Positions 29,533 to 39,848 of a DNA stretch of 64,000 nucleotides are shown one piece after another. The DNA is taken from contig CAXXWX010000026.1 of the NCBI GenBank assembly GCA_963675745.2, forward strand, positions 672,001 to 736,000, read 5' to 3'. The DNA is from Phycisphaerae bacterium (GTDB lineage: Bacteria; Planctomycetota; Phycisphaerae; UBA1845; Fen-1342). Every line of letters begins with the position of its first letter. Within the stretch, counting starts at the first letter, position 1. The position numbers were made by a program, and so were the translations under genes. The notes under the pieces are model-generated. The model saw only the letters and a list, made by a program, of their open reading frames with translations. It was not told the origin of the DNA and did no database searches.

Positions 29533-30360
29533 ATGGCGTGGTGGGAACGCGACTACGATCGACCGGCATATCAGTCGCCAGCCGCGCCGCGGTGGATGCC
29601 ACGGCGCCCGCCGACGGCATCGCTGGTACTCGTAGTCATCCACGTGGTGGCTTTTGCGGCGATGCTGGTTGCCCGCCTGGATTCAAGCGGAGTTCCACTG
29701 ACCTATGCGCGTCTGGGAGCGCCGCCCAATCATTGGCCATCGATTCTCCTGCACCCGCTGACGACCTGGGGGATCTCGATCATTTTCGTTGTGTACGTCG
29801 TGTGGGTGCTGGGCGGCAAGATCGAGCGTCAGCTCGGTCCACGCCGCATGGTACGCTTGTACGTGCTGGGGAACCTGTTTGCCGGAGCGGCGTATTTCCT
29901 GATGGCGCCGGTCCTCGGCCTGCGCGAGCTGCATCCGCTCAGCATGCCCGCGGGCGCGATGGCCGCCTGGTGTTTGGTCGCGTGGCGCGAGTTTCGCCAC
30001 GAGATGGTCGCGGTGTTCGGCCGGCTGATGGTCGTCGGCAACCTCGTGGGACTGATCGGTGCCACCATGGCCGGCGCCACGATCCTGTTCACCGGCTCGG
30101 CGAGCACCGCCTGGCTGGTGGCGGTCATCGCCGGCTGCCTGGCCGTGCCGGCTTCGGCCAGCTTGCCAATCATCAGATTCGCCGGCTCGACGAAAAAACC
30201 GCCACACCGCGGGCGCGACGACGTGCGCGTGGCGCCCGAGCCGGACGATTCAGCGGTTGACGACATCCTCGCCAAAATCTCGCGCGACGGGATGCACGCG
30301 CTCACCGACGAAGAGCGCGCCCGTCTGGAAGCGGCGCGACAGGCCAAGCTGCGACGATAG
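29533..30360 (+). CDS. Rhomboid-fold membrane protein, apparently lacking catalytic residues, with C-terminal helical domain
   Basis: MAWWERDY start, LWxxG-like WVLGGKIERQLG.RRM..LY, C-terminal VDDILAKISRDGMHALTDEER. Confidence 0.75.
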   Translation: MAWWERDYDRPAYQSPAAPRWMPRRPPTASLVLVVIHVVAFAAMLVARLDSSGVPLTYARLGAPPNHWPSILLHPLTTWGISIIFVVYVVWVLGGKIERQLGPRRMVRLYVLGNLFAGAAYFLMAPVLGLRELHPLSMPAGAMAAWCLVAWREFRHEMVAVFGRLMVVGNLVGLIGATMAGATILFTGSASTAWLVAVIAGCLAVPASASLPIIRFAGSTKKPPHRGRDDVRVAPEPDDSAVDDILAKISRDGMHALTDEERARLEAARQAKLRR

Positions 30361-30399
30361 ATTGCGGTGCGTGTGTCGGGCGGGGGTTCGCCGTGGAAC

Positions 30400-30525
30400 C
30401 AGAGCGGTTTCAGAGAAGACCTGTCACTCGGCAGTGTGCCACGGCTCTGTGAGCCGTGAAGGTCGCGTCGAAACAGCACTACTCAAGAGCAGTGGTACGC
30501 CGGGCCGTCTCCGAAAACGGCCTGA
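30400..30525. mobile_element. Degenerate MITE-like element carrying a REP doublet
   Basis: Begins AGAGCGGTTTCAG like the 56946 MITE; contains GTGCCACGGCTCTGTGAGCCGTG. Confidence 0.5.
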
Positions 30526-30556
30526 AAGCCTCGGGTAGCGGGCACCGCGGGCCACG

Positions 30557-31336
30557 CTATCCCGCTACGCCGGTATCTTGCACCGGCGAGGCCGGGGCCG
30601 GGCCCATTCCGGCGCCGCCGGCGAGTGCGTGCAGCTTGCCCGTGCGTAAAACCTCGTCGGCGGGCAGATCCCAGACGACTTTGCCATCGCGCATCTGCAC
30701 GACCCGCCGCGCCTGCACCGCCACGTCGGCTTCGTGCGTGACCAGCACAATCGTCACGCCGCGGGCGTTGAGTTCGGCGAAGAGCTGCATGATCTGCTTG
30801 CCGGTGCGCGAATCGAGATTACCGGTGGGTTCGTCGGCCAGTACCAGCGGCGGATTGTTGACGATGGCGCGCGCGATGGCCACGCGCTGGCGCTCGCCGC
30901 CCGAGAGTTCGCTGGGGCGATGATGGGCGCGCTGTGTCAACCCCACGGTCTCCAGCGCCTTGAGCGCCGCCGCTTTGGTGCCCGACTTGCGCGCGTAAAA
31001 CATGGGCACCTGCACGTTCTCGCGCGCGGTCGTGCGGTTGATCAGGTTGAACGTCTGAAACACAAAGCCGATGCGCTCGTTGCGGATCATGGCGAGCCGG
31101 CGATCGGAGAGACGGCTGACATCCTCGCCGTCGAGGATATACCGGCCGCGCGTCGGACGATCCAGACAGCCGATTAGGTGCATCATGGTGCTCTTGCCGC
31201 TGCCCGAGGCGCCGGTGATCGCCACCATTTCGCCGCGATGAATCTCCAGGTCAACGCCATCAAGCGCGCGGACCACCGTATCGCCCATCTGGTAGAGCTT
31301 GGTCAGGCCTTCAAGCTTGATCAACGGCGCGTCCAT
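30557..31336 (-). CDS. ABC transporter ATP-binding protein (MacB/LolD-like)
   Basis: GASGSGKST, LSGGERQRVAIAR, LADEPTGNLD, VTHE. Confidence 0.95.
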   Translation of the reverse strand: MDAPLIKLEGLTKLYQMGDTVVRALDGVDLEIHRGEMVAITGASGSGKSTMMHLIGCLDRPTRGRYILDGEDVSRLSDRRLAMIRNERIGFVFQTFNLINRTTARENVQVPMFYARKSGTKAAALKALETVGLTQRAHHRPSELSGGERQRVAIARAIVNNPPLVLADEPTGNLDSRTGKQIMQLFAELNARGVTIVLVTHEADVAVQARRVVQMRDGKVVWDLPADEVLRTGKLHALAGGAGMGPAPASPVQDTGVAG

Positions 31337-31458
31337 GGTGCTCCGTGGTGATTGGGCTGCCTTAAATGGGGGCCAGTCTCTGACGGGTCGTCGGTTCCGG
31401 CAGTGCGCGCGAGCAGCGGCACATCGGCCGACGCGGACATCGGCCGCTACTCAAGTGG

Positions 31459-32820
31459 TTACTCCTCATCCGGCTCCACCGGCAGCTTGATGTAGACTTC
31501 CATGCCCTCCTTGAGCTCGTCATCCATGATCGCGCGCACTATTTGCGTGTGGTTTCCGTCGGTTATGCCGAACGCAACCGGCACAAAACGCTTGCCCCAC
31601 TGCTCCCCCTGCGCCGGCGGCATGCGCAAGTACAAGCCGCGCTTCTCACCTTCGCTCTTGACCGCCTCGGCCGGTACGCGCAGCACGTCTAATGCTGAAT
31701 CAACCGTGAACTCGACCTGCGCCTGCGCGCCCAGCGGCAGCTTATAGCGCTTCTCGTCGGTGATCAGTATGTGTACGTCAAACTGGATCACCGACGATCC
31801 CGCGGATAGGCTGCCCTGGGGTTCGGCGCGGTCAATCACGCCTTCAAAGATCTCATCCGGAAAGGGGTCGACCGTCAGTTGCACCACGCCGGATCGCTTC
31901 GTCAATTCCTCCGCCGACGCCTCGGCGGCGGCCAGCAACTCCGGCACCTGCGGCAAAGCAGAGGTCGGCGCGACCTCCAGCACGCGGCCATAGCTCGTCT
32001 CATCCACGCGCGCTATCACCTTCAGCGCTGAAATATCGGCGATCTGGAGCAGCGTGGTACCACCCGTGAACGTGGCCGTCGCCGATTGGATGACCGTGCC
32101 CGGCGTGACGAAGACGTTCGTTACGATGCCGCCCTGACTGGCAATGACGCTGGTTTCGGAGAGGCGCTCCTGCGCGTCGCCCAGGTTCTTCTCGGCGACC
32201 CGGACGTTGGCCTCGTTGATGATCACCTGCTGCCTGGCATTGTCGATCGCGAGCTTGGCCGAGGCGATGTTGGTTTCGGCAATCCCGATCTGGGCCTGGG
32301 TCATGCGATGCCGCGCCTCGGCGTCATTCAACTGCTGCGGGCTGCCGAGGTTCTTGGCGAACAGCTCACGCTGATGCTTCACCTCGTATTCAGTGATCAT
32401 CGCCTGGGCCTTGAGGTCTTCGAGACGCCCGTTGCTGACCTCCACGTTGCGTTGGGCTTCCTCGACGGCGATCTTCGCCTGCGCCAGCAGTGCCTGGGAG
32501 CGAGCCACGTCGGCCTCGGCCCGCTCGACGCTACGGCGTTCGTCATCCTGCTTGATCACCACCAGCGTGTCGCCCGCGCGCACAAAGTCACCCTCGCGCA
32601 CGCGCACTTCGAGTACCTCACCAGAGGCCTCAGATTTCACGTCGGTGTGTTGCCGCGGCTGGATCAGGCCCGACGCGGAGATCGGCACGCGGATGTCGCC
32701 GCGTTCGATCTTGGCGAATTTCGGCTGAAGCCAGATGGGAACGTAGCGCATCTCGCGGGCCACCAGGTAGATTCCCACGATGACAACGACACCGAACAGG
32801 AGGGCCAGCCACTTCTTCAT
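31459..32820 (-). CDS. Efflux membrane-fusion (periplasmic adaptor, MacA/HlyD-like) protein
   Basis: TM anchor, VKSEASGEV.EV.V.EGD.V..GD.L lipoyl half, long hairpin, VPAEAV. Confidence 0.92.
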   Translation of the reverse strand: MKKWLALLFGVVVIVGIYLVAREMRYVPIWLQPKFAKIERGDIRVPISASGLIQPRQHTDVKSEASGEVLEVRVREGDFVRAGDTLVVIKQDDERRSVERAEADVARSQALLAQAKIAVEEAQRNVEVSNGRLEDLKAQAMITEYEVKHQRELFAKNLGSPQQLNDAEARHRMTQAQIGIAETNIASAKLAIDNARQQVIINEANVRVAEKNLGDAQERLSETSVIASQGGIVTNVFVTPGTVIQSATATFTGGTTLLQIADISALKVIARVDETSYGRVLEVAPTSALPQVPELLAAAEASAEELTKRSGVVQLTVDPFPDEIFEGVIDRAEPQGSLSAGSSVIQFDVHILITDEKRYKLPLGAQAQVEFTVDSALDVLRVPAEAVKSEGEKRGLYLRMPPAQGEQWGKRFVPVAFGITDGNHTQIVRAIMDDELKEGMEVYIKLPVEPDEE

Positions 32821-32918
32821 CAGGTGCCACCTTCTTCCCGGATTGCGTTGCGACGAGGTCTCACCGCCATATTCGCCGGTCATCCTCGTTTATTGCGTGC
32901 CGACCCTGCGTCGTGAGC

Positions 32919-34025
32919 CTATGGCTTGAACGGCGTATACGGCATGTCAAAAGCCTCAGCCACCGGCTTGTACGTGACCTTTCCGTGGATCACGTTCACA
33001 CCAAGTGCCAGACCAGGGTCCTGTTCGGCGGCCTGCTTGTAGCCGAGACTCGCGAGTTTCCGCAGATATTGCAGGGTGGCGTTGGTCAGACCGAAGGTAC
33101 TTGTTCTACCGACAGCGCCGGGCATGTTGGCCACGCCATAGTGAACCACGCCGTCCACGACGTAAGTCGGATCATGATGAGTGGTGGGCCGGGTGGTCTC
33201 GCAGCAGCCGCCCTGATCCACACCCACGTCCACGATCACGGCGCCGTGCTGCATCAGCGAGAGGTAGTTCCGCGGAATCAGCATCGGGCAAACGGCGCCG
33301 GGAATCAGAACGGCGCCGATCACCAGATCGGCCTCTGACAGATGGCGGCGAATGGACTCGGGGGTGCTGTAGACGGTCATGACGTTCTCCGGCATGACCT
33401 CGTCGAGATAGCGCAACCGGTACAGGTCGATATCGAGGATGGTGACGTTGGCTCCGAGGCCGGCGGCGAGGCGCGCGGCACAGGTGCCGACGATGCCGCC
33501 GCCGAGCACCAGGACATTCGCCGGCTCAACGCCGGGGATGCCACCCAGCAAAATCCCGCGGCCCATCATCGGTTTCTCGAGGTACTTCGCGCCTTCCTGC
33601 ACACTCATCTTGCCGGCCACTTCACTCATCGGTGCCAAAAGCGGCAGGCGCCCGTGCGCGTCTTCGATCGTCTCGTAGGCAATGGTCACGGCGCCGCTTT
33701 TGAGCATGCCCTCCGTCAGCTCTCGACTGGCGGCGTAGTGAAAATAGGTGAACACCGTGTGGTGCTCTTTGATCATCGCGATCTCAGCCGGCTGTGGCTC
33801 CTTGACCTTGCAGATGAGCTCGGCCTGGCCGAACACCTCCTCGGCAGTGTCCACAATCTGCGCACCGTATGCCTGATAATCCTCATCCGATAAGCCCGAT
33901 CCGAGCCCCGCCCCGCGCTGAATCAGGATCGTGTGCCCATCGCGCTTGAGCTGCTCGACACCCGCCGGAACTACCGCCACCCGATATTCATCCGGCTTAA
34001 CTTCCGTGGGAACTCCGACGATCAT
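32919..34025 (-). CDS. ald: Alanine dehydrogenase
   Basis: GVPTEVK..EYRV, KVKEP, PMSEVAG, DQGGC.ET, VANMPGAV. Confidence 0.97.
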   Translation of the reverse strand: MIVGVPTEVKPDEYRVAVVPAGVEQLKRDGHTILIQRGAGLGSGLSDEDYQAYGAQIVDTAEEVFGQAELICKVKEPQPAEIAMIKEHHTVFTYFHYAASRELTEGMLKSGAVTIAYETIEDAHGRLPLLAPMSEVAGKMSVQEGAKYLEKPMMGRGILLGGIPGVEPANVLVLGGGIVGTCAARLAAGLGANVTILDIDLYRLRYLDEVMPENVMTVYSTPESIRRHLSEADLVIGAVLIPGAVCPMLIPRNYLSLMQHGAVIVDVGVDQGGCCETTRPTTHHDPTYVVDGVVHYGVANMPGAVGRTSTFGLTNATLQYLRKLASLGYKQAAEQDPGLALGVNVIHGKVTYKPVAEAFDMPYTPFKP

Positions 34026-34204
34026 GCGGATACTCCTGAACCTGCCTGAGTTGGTCGATGAAAGTGCCAGCACCCTCGCTCGTGAGTGGTGCGTGTCGGG
34101 TGAGGTTACGGCTGGTGAGCCCGTTTTGCAAGCGACCGGCGGGGGGAGCAGGTAATGGTGGACTGGTCGGCGCCGGCCCCCCACCAAGGCGCACCGTAAT
34201 CTCA

Positions 34205-34705
34205 ATGCTGGTTGGTATCAGCCTCGTGCTGGCATCGGACGGGGGCTGCCTCTGGTCCGGCGGCGGCCGGGTGGTCTCCCTGCGCCAGCTCGAATCCGCC
34301 CCACTGACACTTCCCGGGCAAACCAGACGGATCGTGCTCGCCGACGCCCAGGCTCTCGACGGTGCCTACCACGCCCTGACGCCGCGCCTGGGGATTCTGG
34401 TCGTGCGCGACGCGGCCACCTGGCAGCGCCTGGCGCGTCAGATGCCCAACCCCGGACCACAGCCCGACCTGAGCACGGGGGCCGTGGTGGGCGTGGTTAG
34501 CCGGGCGGGTCTGCCACTGGACGGATGCTGGCCGGTCTCCCTCGACGCCATCCAGGTTCATGGGGGCGCTGGTCTCGTGTCCGCGTCGTTTCGCGGCGGC
34601 ACATATCTACCGGACGGCACGCTCTACGCCGAAACCGCCTACGTGAACGATCTGGATGCCGTCCTGGTCGTGTCCGTAAACGGCCTGCGCTACTTCCCGG
34701 AATAG
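34205..34705 (+). CDS. Hypothetical exported protein or lipoprotein
   Basis: Hydrophobic N-terminus with GGC; GC3-biased ORF; start uncertain. Confidence 0.55.
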   Translation: MLVGISLVLASDGGCLWSGGGRVVSLRQLESAPLTLPGQTRRIVLADAQALDGAYHALTPRLGILVVRDAATWQRLARQMPNPGPQPDLSTGAVVGVVSRAGLPLDGCWPVSLDAIQVHGGAGLVSASFRGGTYLPDGTLYAETAYVNDLDAVLVVSVNGLRYFPE

Positions 34706-34745
34706 CCTGACCGCGAAACACGGGCGGCCGGCAAGCTTGCCAACC

Positions 34746-34761
34746 AATGAACATGTTCATT
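34746..34761. promoter_or_regulatory. Perfect 16-bp palindrome AATGAACATGTTCATT upstream of uvrA (candidate operator)
   Basis: AT-rich perfect dyad about 150 nt before uvrA; a TTCAAA-18-TACACT promoter-like motif lies at 34827-34856. Confidence 0.5.
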
Positions 34762-34910
34762 CGACGCTATTTGCTCCGGCGTAGACGTCTATTGTTGAAA
34801 TTTGTGACCGTGCGCGGTTGCGCGACTTCAAACACCTGCCCTTCGCATGCTACACTTGGCGATTCGCTAACGCCTGTACTACATGACCACCGCACTAGCA
34901 GAGGCCGCAG

Positions 34911-37763
34911 GTGGAACCGAAGCTCATTCGCGTCATTGGCGCACGCCAGCACAATCTACGCAATATCAGCGTGGACATGCCACGCGACAGCCTCGTTGTA
35001 GTCACCGGGCTGAGCGGGTCGGGCAAGAGCAGCCTGGCGTTCGACACCATCTACGCCGAGGGCCAGCGTAAGTACGTCGAGTCATTGAGCGTACACGCGC
35101 GCCATTTCCTCGAACAGGTTGGCAAGCCCGATGTTGATCGAATCGAGGGGCTACCGCCGACGCTCGCCATCGAGCAACGGGCGGTCGCCGTCAATCCGCG
35201 CTCAACCGTGGCCACGACCACCGAAATCTACGACTTCCTCCGCCTGCTATTCGCGCGCGTCGGCGTGCCCCACTGTCCCAAGACCGGCGAGCCGCTGATC
35301 CGCCGTACGGTTGACCAGATCGTCGATGAAGTGCTGGGTTATGCCCCCGACTCGCGCGTGATGGTGTTGGCTCCGCTGGCGCGGCGCCATCGCGGCGACC
35401 ATCGCCCGGTCGTTCGACGGATTCAGCGGGAGGGGTTCGTTCGCGCCCGCGTAAACGGCGATCTGATCGAAGTGAAAGAGCTGCTCGAGCTCCCGACGAC
35501 CAAGAAGGTGGACATAGACGTCGTGGTGGACCGGCTGGTGCTGCGTCCCGAAGTCCGCCACCGGCTCGCCGACGCCATCGAGCTTTCGCTGTCGCTCGCC
35601 GAGGGCATGGTCGTCGTGAGCCGCTCAAACGGCACGGCGGGGTCCGGGAACGATAACGGCTGGACCGATGAGACCTTCAGCGAACACTACATCAGCAGCG
35701 CATCGGGCTTCTCAATCGCAGGGCTGACACCCCAGATGTTCAGCTTTAACTCTCCGCACGGCGCCTGTGATGTGTGCGGCGGGTTGGGAACCACGCTGCA
35801 CTTCGACCCGGAGTTGGTCGTCCCGGATGAGGGCCTGTCGCTGGCGGCCGGCGCGATCGCCGCCTGGGGGGCGTTGAAGACCGCCGGGCGCAAGAGCACA
35901 GCGAAGTCACAGGTCGCGGCGGGGATGGCCAAGGCCCTGCGCACACTGTGCGACGCCTTCGAAGCCAAGCTGGAGACTCCGTTTGCAAAGCTGCCCGAAG
36001 ATCTGCGCCGCGTGGTGCTGCACGGCACCAGCGCGAAAGACGCCAAGCAACTGGGCATCGAATTCGAGGGCGTGCTGCCCAATCTGGAACGGCGTCGCCG
36101 GGCCGCCGGCAGCGACTCGGGGCGGAGTCGGCTGAGCAACTACCAGACGGCGCGGGTCTGCAAATCGTGCCACGGCGCCCGGCTGAAACCCGCCTCGCTG
36201 GCCGTGCGCGTCCATGACCATGCCATCCACGATATCACCCGGATGTCGATCGCGGCGGGTACCAAGTTCTTCGACGATTTCAAGCTGGAAGGCGAAGCCG
36301 CCCAGATCGCCGAACCGATCCTGCGTGAGGTGCGCCAGCGGCTGCACTTCATGAACGACGTCGGCCTGGGCTATCTCACGCTCGATCGAACCAGCGCGAC
36401 ACTATCCGGCGGCGAGGCGCAACGGATTCGCCTGGCAACGCAACTTGGCAGCCGACTCGTGGGGGTCTGTTACGTACTCGACGAGCCCACCATCGGCCTG
36501 CACCAGCGCGACAACGAGAGGCTGCTTAGGTCGATCCGCACGCTCGTGGAGCTCGGCAACACCGCGATCGTTGTCGAGCATGATGAAGACGTGATCCGCG
36601 CCGCCGACCATCTCATCGATATGGGGCCGGGCGCGGGACTGCACGGCGGCAAGGTCATCGCGCGCGGGCCGGCCAAGGAGGCGCTGGCCGATCCCGCCTC
36701 GATCACGGGGCGCTACCTGCGTGGCGAATACGTGATCGACCTGCCCGAACAGCGGCGTGAGGTCCGCAAGTCGGACCTGCTCCAGATCATCGGCGCGGCC
36801 GAGAACAACCTGCGCAAAGTGGATGTCAGCATCCCGCTGGGGGTCTTCTGCGCGATCACGGGCGTCAGCGGAAGTGGCAAGAGCACGCTGATCTCGCAAA
36901 TCCTGCTGCCGGCGTTGCGCCGACGCATGCACAACGCCGCCGAACAACCCGGCGCTCACGATCGCCTGGTCGGGGCGCACCGAATTGACAAGGTTGTTGA
37001 GGTCGATCAGACACCCATCGGCCGCACGCCGCGCAGCAATCCCGCGACGTATACGGGCGTGTTTGACGAAATCCGCCGTCTGTACGCCAAGACCAAAGAA
37101 GCCCGCATCCGTGGGTACGGTGCCAGCCGATTCAGCTTCAATGCGAAGGGCGGGCGTTGCGAGGCGTGTCAGGGGCAGGGTGTACGGCGGATCGAGATGC
37201 ACTTCCTGCCTGACGTATTCGTCGAGTGCCAGGAGTGTCGCGGTACGCGCTACAACCGCGAAACGCTCGAAGTGCGTTATCGCGGCAAGTCGATCGCTGA
37301 TGTGCTGCACATGCGCGTTGAGGAGGCATTGCGGTTCTTCGACAGCTTCGCGAAGGTCAAGCAGGGGCTCCAGGCGTTGTCAGACGTCGGGCTGGGTTAC
37401 ATCCGCCTGGGCCAGCCGTCGAACACGCTTTCGGGTGGTGAGGCCCAGCGCGTCAAGCTCGCCGCCGAGCTGGGACACCCGTCGTCGGGCCACACGCTAT
37501 ACGTGCTCGACGAGCCCACCAGCGGTCTGCACTTCGCCGACATCCAGCAACTGCTCAGCGTGCTGAACCGCCTGGTTGACCGTCACAACACGGTGCTGGT
37601 GATCGAGCACAATCTGGACGTGGTCAAAACGGCCGACTGGATAATCGACCTCGGCCCCGAAGGCGGCGACGCCGGCGGCGACGTCGTGTGCGCCGGGACA
37701 CCCGAAGCAATCGCGGCATGCAAAGCCAGCCACACGGGACGTTACTTGAAGGCAAAACTCTAA
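34911..37763 (+). CDS. uvrA: Excinuclease ABC subunit A
   Basis: GLSGSGKSSLAFDTIYAEGQR, two ABC modules, Zn fingers, LSGGEAQR. Confidence 0.98.
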   Translation: MEPKLIRVIGARQHNLRNISVDMPRDSLVVVTGLSGSGKSSLAFDTIYAEGQRKYVESLSVHARHFLEQVGKPDVDRIEGLPPTLAIEQRAVAVNPRSTVATTTEIYDFLRLLFARVGVPHCPKTGEPLIRRTVDQIVDEVLGYAPDSRVMVLAPLARRHRGDHRPVVRRIQREGFVRARVNGDLIEVKELLELPTTKKVDIDVVVDRLVLRPEVRHRLADAIELSLSLAEGMVVVSRSNGTAGSGNDNGWTDETFSEHYISSASGFSIAGLTPQMFSFNSPHGACDVCGGLGTTLHFDPELVVPDEGLSLAAGAIAAWGALKTAGRKSTAKSQVAAGMAKALRTLCDAFEAKLETPFAKLPEDLRRVVLHGTSAKDAKQLGIEFEGVLPNLERRRRAAGSDSGRSRLSNYQTARVCKSCHGARLKPASLAVRVHDHAIHDITRMSIAAGTKFFDDFKLEGEAAQIAEPILREVRQRLHFMNDVGLGYLTLDRTSATLSGGEAQRIRLATQLGSRLVGVCYVLDEPTIGLHQRDNERLLRSIRTLVELGNTAIVVEHDEDVIRAADHLIDMGPGAGLHGGKVIARGPAKEALADPASITGRYLRGEYVIDLPEQRREVRKSDLLQIIGAAENNLRKVDVSIPLGVFCAITGVSGSGKSTLISQILLPALRRRMHNAAEQPGAHDRLVGAHRIDKVVEVDQTPIGRTPRSNPATYTGVFDEIRRLYAKTKEARIRGYGASRFSFNAKGGRCEACQGQGVRRIEMHFLPDVFVECQECRGTRYNRETLEVRYRGKSIADVLHMRVEEALRFFDSFAKVKQGLQALSDVGLGYIRLGQPSNTLSGGEAQRVKLAAELGHPSSGHTLYVLDEPTSGLHFADIQQLLSVLNRLVDRHNTVLVIEHNLDVVKTADWIIDLGPEGGDAGGDVVCAGTPEAIAACKASHTGRYLKAKL

Positions 37764-37906
37764 CGCGGTTTCAACAACAGTCCGTTGCCCATACGCGGGT
37801 GGGGCGGGCGTCCCGCCCGCCTATGTACTGCTCTCCTCGAAGTCGGGCGAGACGCCCGACCCACCCCTATAGTGTGAGCCACCGCGTCATTACTGAAACC
37901 CCTCTG
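37761..37906. mobile_element. ~146-bp MITE, copy 1 (inverted relative to 56946-57093)
   Basis: Colinear reverse complement of the 56.9-kb copy; imperfect TIRs; starts at the uvrA TAA. Confidence 0.85.
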
Positions 37907-38006
37907 GCCGCAGGCGCCGGACGTCGGACACCGGAAACGCCGCCTTGCCCAACGGCCTGCGGGCATGCCCTACCGCGTTCCAGTTCCTGCCTTACCGCAG
38001 TCCCGC

Positions 38007-38540
38007 TCAGTTTGTGCTTGCCACGCCTCCGGCGCGCGCCGCGGTCTGAATCTGCCGAGCCAACGCCGCCGTATCGTACGTAAGCTGCGCCGGTACGTGC
38101 AGAATCGGGAGCTTCGCCGCCTTGAATACCTGATCGACGAACTCATCGCGCGCCTGACGGTCGCGTTGGGTGTGCGAGGCGTCGTCCAACTCGATGACGA
38201 GCACGGGCCCGAGTGCCTCCGCATCACAGAGCACGAAGTCAACATGTTTGCTCATGACCTTGTTACGCCATTTCTGCGGCGAGTCGGTCCCCTTGGGGAG
38301 CCAGACCAGGTCGAGCACGCGGACCTTCGCGCAAACCTGCCAGTGTCCACTGACGGCCTGTCGCAAGACGCCGTAGAACGAGCGCTCCGCCTTGCTCAGC
38401 AGGTAGTCCTTCTTTCGATAGGGTAAATCGGCGGACACGGCACGTTCCGGCGGGTTGTTCAACACCCCCGCCACATGCTTCAAAGCCACAATCACGCCCA
38501 GTACCAGCAGTAGCCCAATCGCCAGGTATGCGAATTGCAT
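38007..38540 (-). CDS. DUF2726-family protein (PD-(D/E)XK-like) with N-terminal TM
   Basis: LLSKAERSFY, KHVDFVLCD, VIELDDASH, RDEFVD. Confidence 0.85.
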   Translation of the reverse strand: MQFAYLAIGLLLVLGVIVALKHVAGVLNNPPERAVSADLPYRKKDYLLSKAERSFYGVLRQAVSGHWQVCAKVRVLDLVWLPKGTDSPQKWRNKVMSKHVDFVLCDAEALGPVLVIELDDASHTQRDRQARDEFVDQVFKAAKLPILHVPAQLTYDTAALARQIQTAARAGGVASTN

Positions 38541-38667
38541 TCGGAGATCCTCCCCAAGTTGGGTGCGCCTTGTCTGACGCGGCGCAGGAAGATACTACTT
38601 CGGCCCTGATTGGACAAGGTGCCCGCGCTTTGGGTGTGCAACAATACCGCTATCAATTAGGCCGGAG

Positions 38668-39753
38668 TCACTCCCACGGCGGCCGGGTGGGTTGGAGATT
38701 GCTGCGGTAGCGGGCGTAGGGCCATTTTGTGCGACCGTCGCCGCCGCGGGTGATCTGGTCGCGCAGATCGTCGTTGATCGCGAAGATAAACGCGCCGGGC
38801 GTTGGATAGGTGTCGAATTGAAAAGTCCGGCCACGAAAACCGTCGCCGGCCCAGTTTGAGTCAATGAGATCGGACGGTGTGACCGCGTGCATGGCGACGC
38901 CGTCCGCGTCGTGCTCGACTTTCACCGTCCGCGCCGACCCATCACAGAACACGACGTTGTCCTTCAGGAGTTGGCGGTGCCAGCCGAGCACGTCAACCGT
39001 CTCCACTTCGCCGGCCTGCTGATCCGAACCGATCATGTTAAAGAACGTCGGCTCACCGAACAGACACACGCGCGCCGTGTTCACCAGATCTGAGATCTTG
39101 TGCCCCCAGGGGCCGACAGTGAACGCGGCGTGGAAATTTGTGCCGGTTGCGATGCCCGACATGGCCAGGCTGGCGCGGTAGCTGTTACCCAGCGTCTTCC
39201 AGCACTTGCGCTTGGCGTTGGCTATCGGCGAATCGTCGATTTCCGGGTCGTCGGGATAGCCGCGGTCGCCGGGGCACTGAAACATCTTGAGATTGTGTTC
39301 GTAGCGATCTTCTTCGGGGTCTTCGCTGAGATTGGGATACAAGTACTTGTTCAGCGGCCGCGTTTGCGCACCCCAATAGCGTGTCCGCCCCTGGCCCAGC
39401 AACGGACCAGATCCCTCGACACAATAAAACGTGTCGGTGGCGGTCGCGCCGCCGAATACAAACCAATTCGCCGTGCGGTAGCCCCACTTGGTACCGGCGA
39501 AGTCGCCGCCAAACAGGCCAATGTTTAGAACCTGCATCTGGTGAATGGGCATGAGCAGCTCGACCGAATCTTCGTTGGCATACTCCTGCGTACCGAGGCC
39601 GATACTCCTCAGATTCGACAGGCAGACGGCCTTTTTGCCCTGCTCGCGCGCCGACGAGAGACTTGGCAGAAGGATGGATATCAGCAGCGCGATAATGGCG
39701 ACGACCACCAGAAGTTCGATCAGGGTGAACGCGCCAGTGTGCCGGCGGTACAT
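38668..39753 (-). CDS. Prepilin-type N-terminal cleavage/methylation protein (planctomycete DUF1559-like)
   Basis: AFTLIELLVVVAIIALLISILLPSL, CLSNLR, CPGD, H-X-NVVFCDG. Confidence 0.9.
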   Translation of the reverse strand: MYRRHTGAFTLIELLVVVAIIALLISILLPSLSSAREQGKKAVCLSNLRSIGLGTQEYANEDSVELLMPIHQMQVLNIGLFGGDFAGTKWGYRTANWFVFGGATATDTFYCVEGSGPLLGQGRTRYWGAQTRPLNKYLYPNLSEDPEEDRYEHNLKMFQCPGDRGYPDDPEIDDSPIANAKRKCWKTLGNSYRASLAMSGIATGTNFHAAFTVGPWGHKISDLVNTARVCLFGEPTFFNMIGSDQQAGEVETVDVLGWHRQLLKDNVVFCDGSARTVKVEHDADGVAMHAVTPSDLIDSNWAGDGFRGRTFQFDTYPTPGAFIFAINDDLRDQITRGGDGRTKWPYARYRSNLQPTRPPWE

Positions 39754-39848
39754 GTGTGGCTCCTGTGCCTGCCTGCGGACCATGCAACCATGCCTGTCCA
39801 CACGTTAGCGTAATCGCGCGTGCGAAGCCACGGAATTCACGCCGGACG

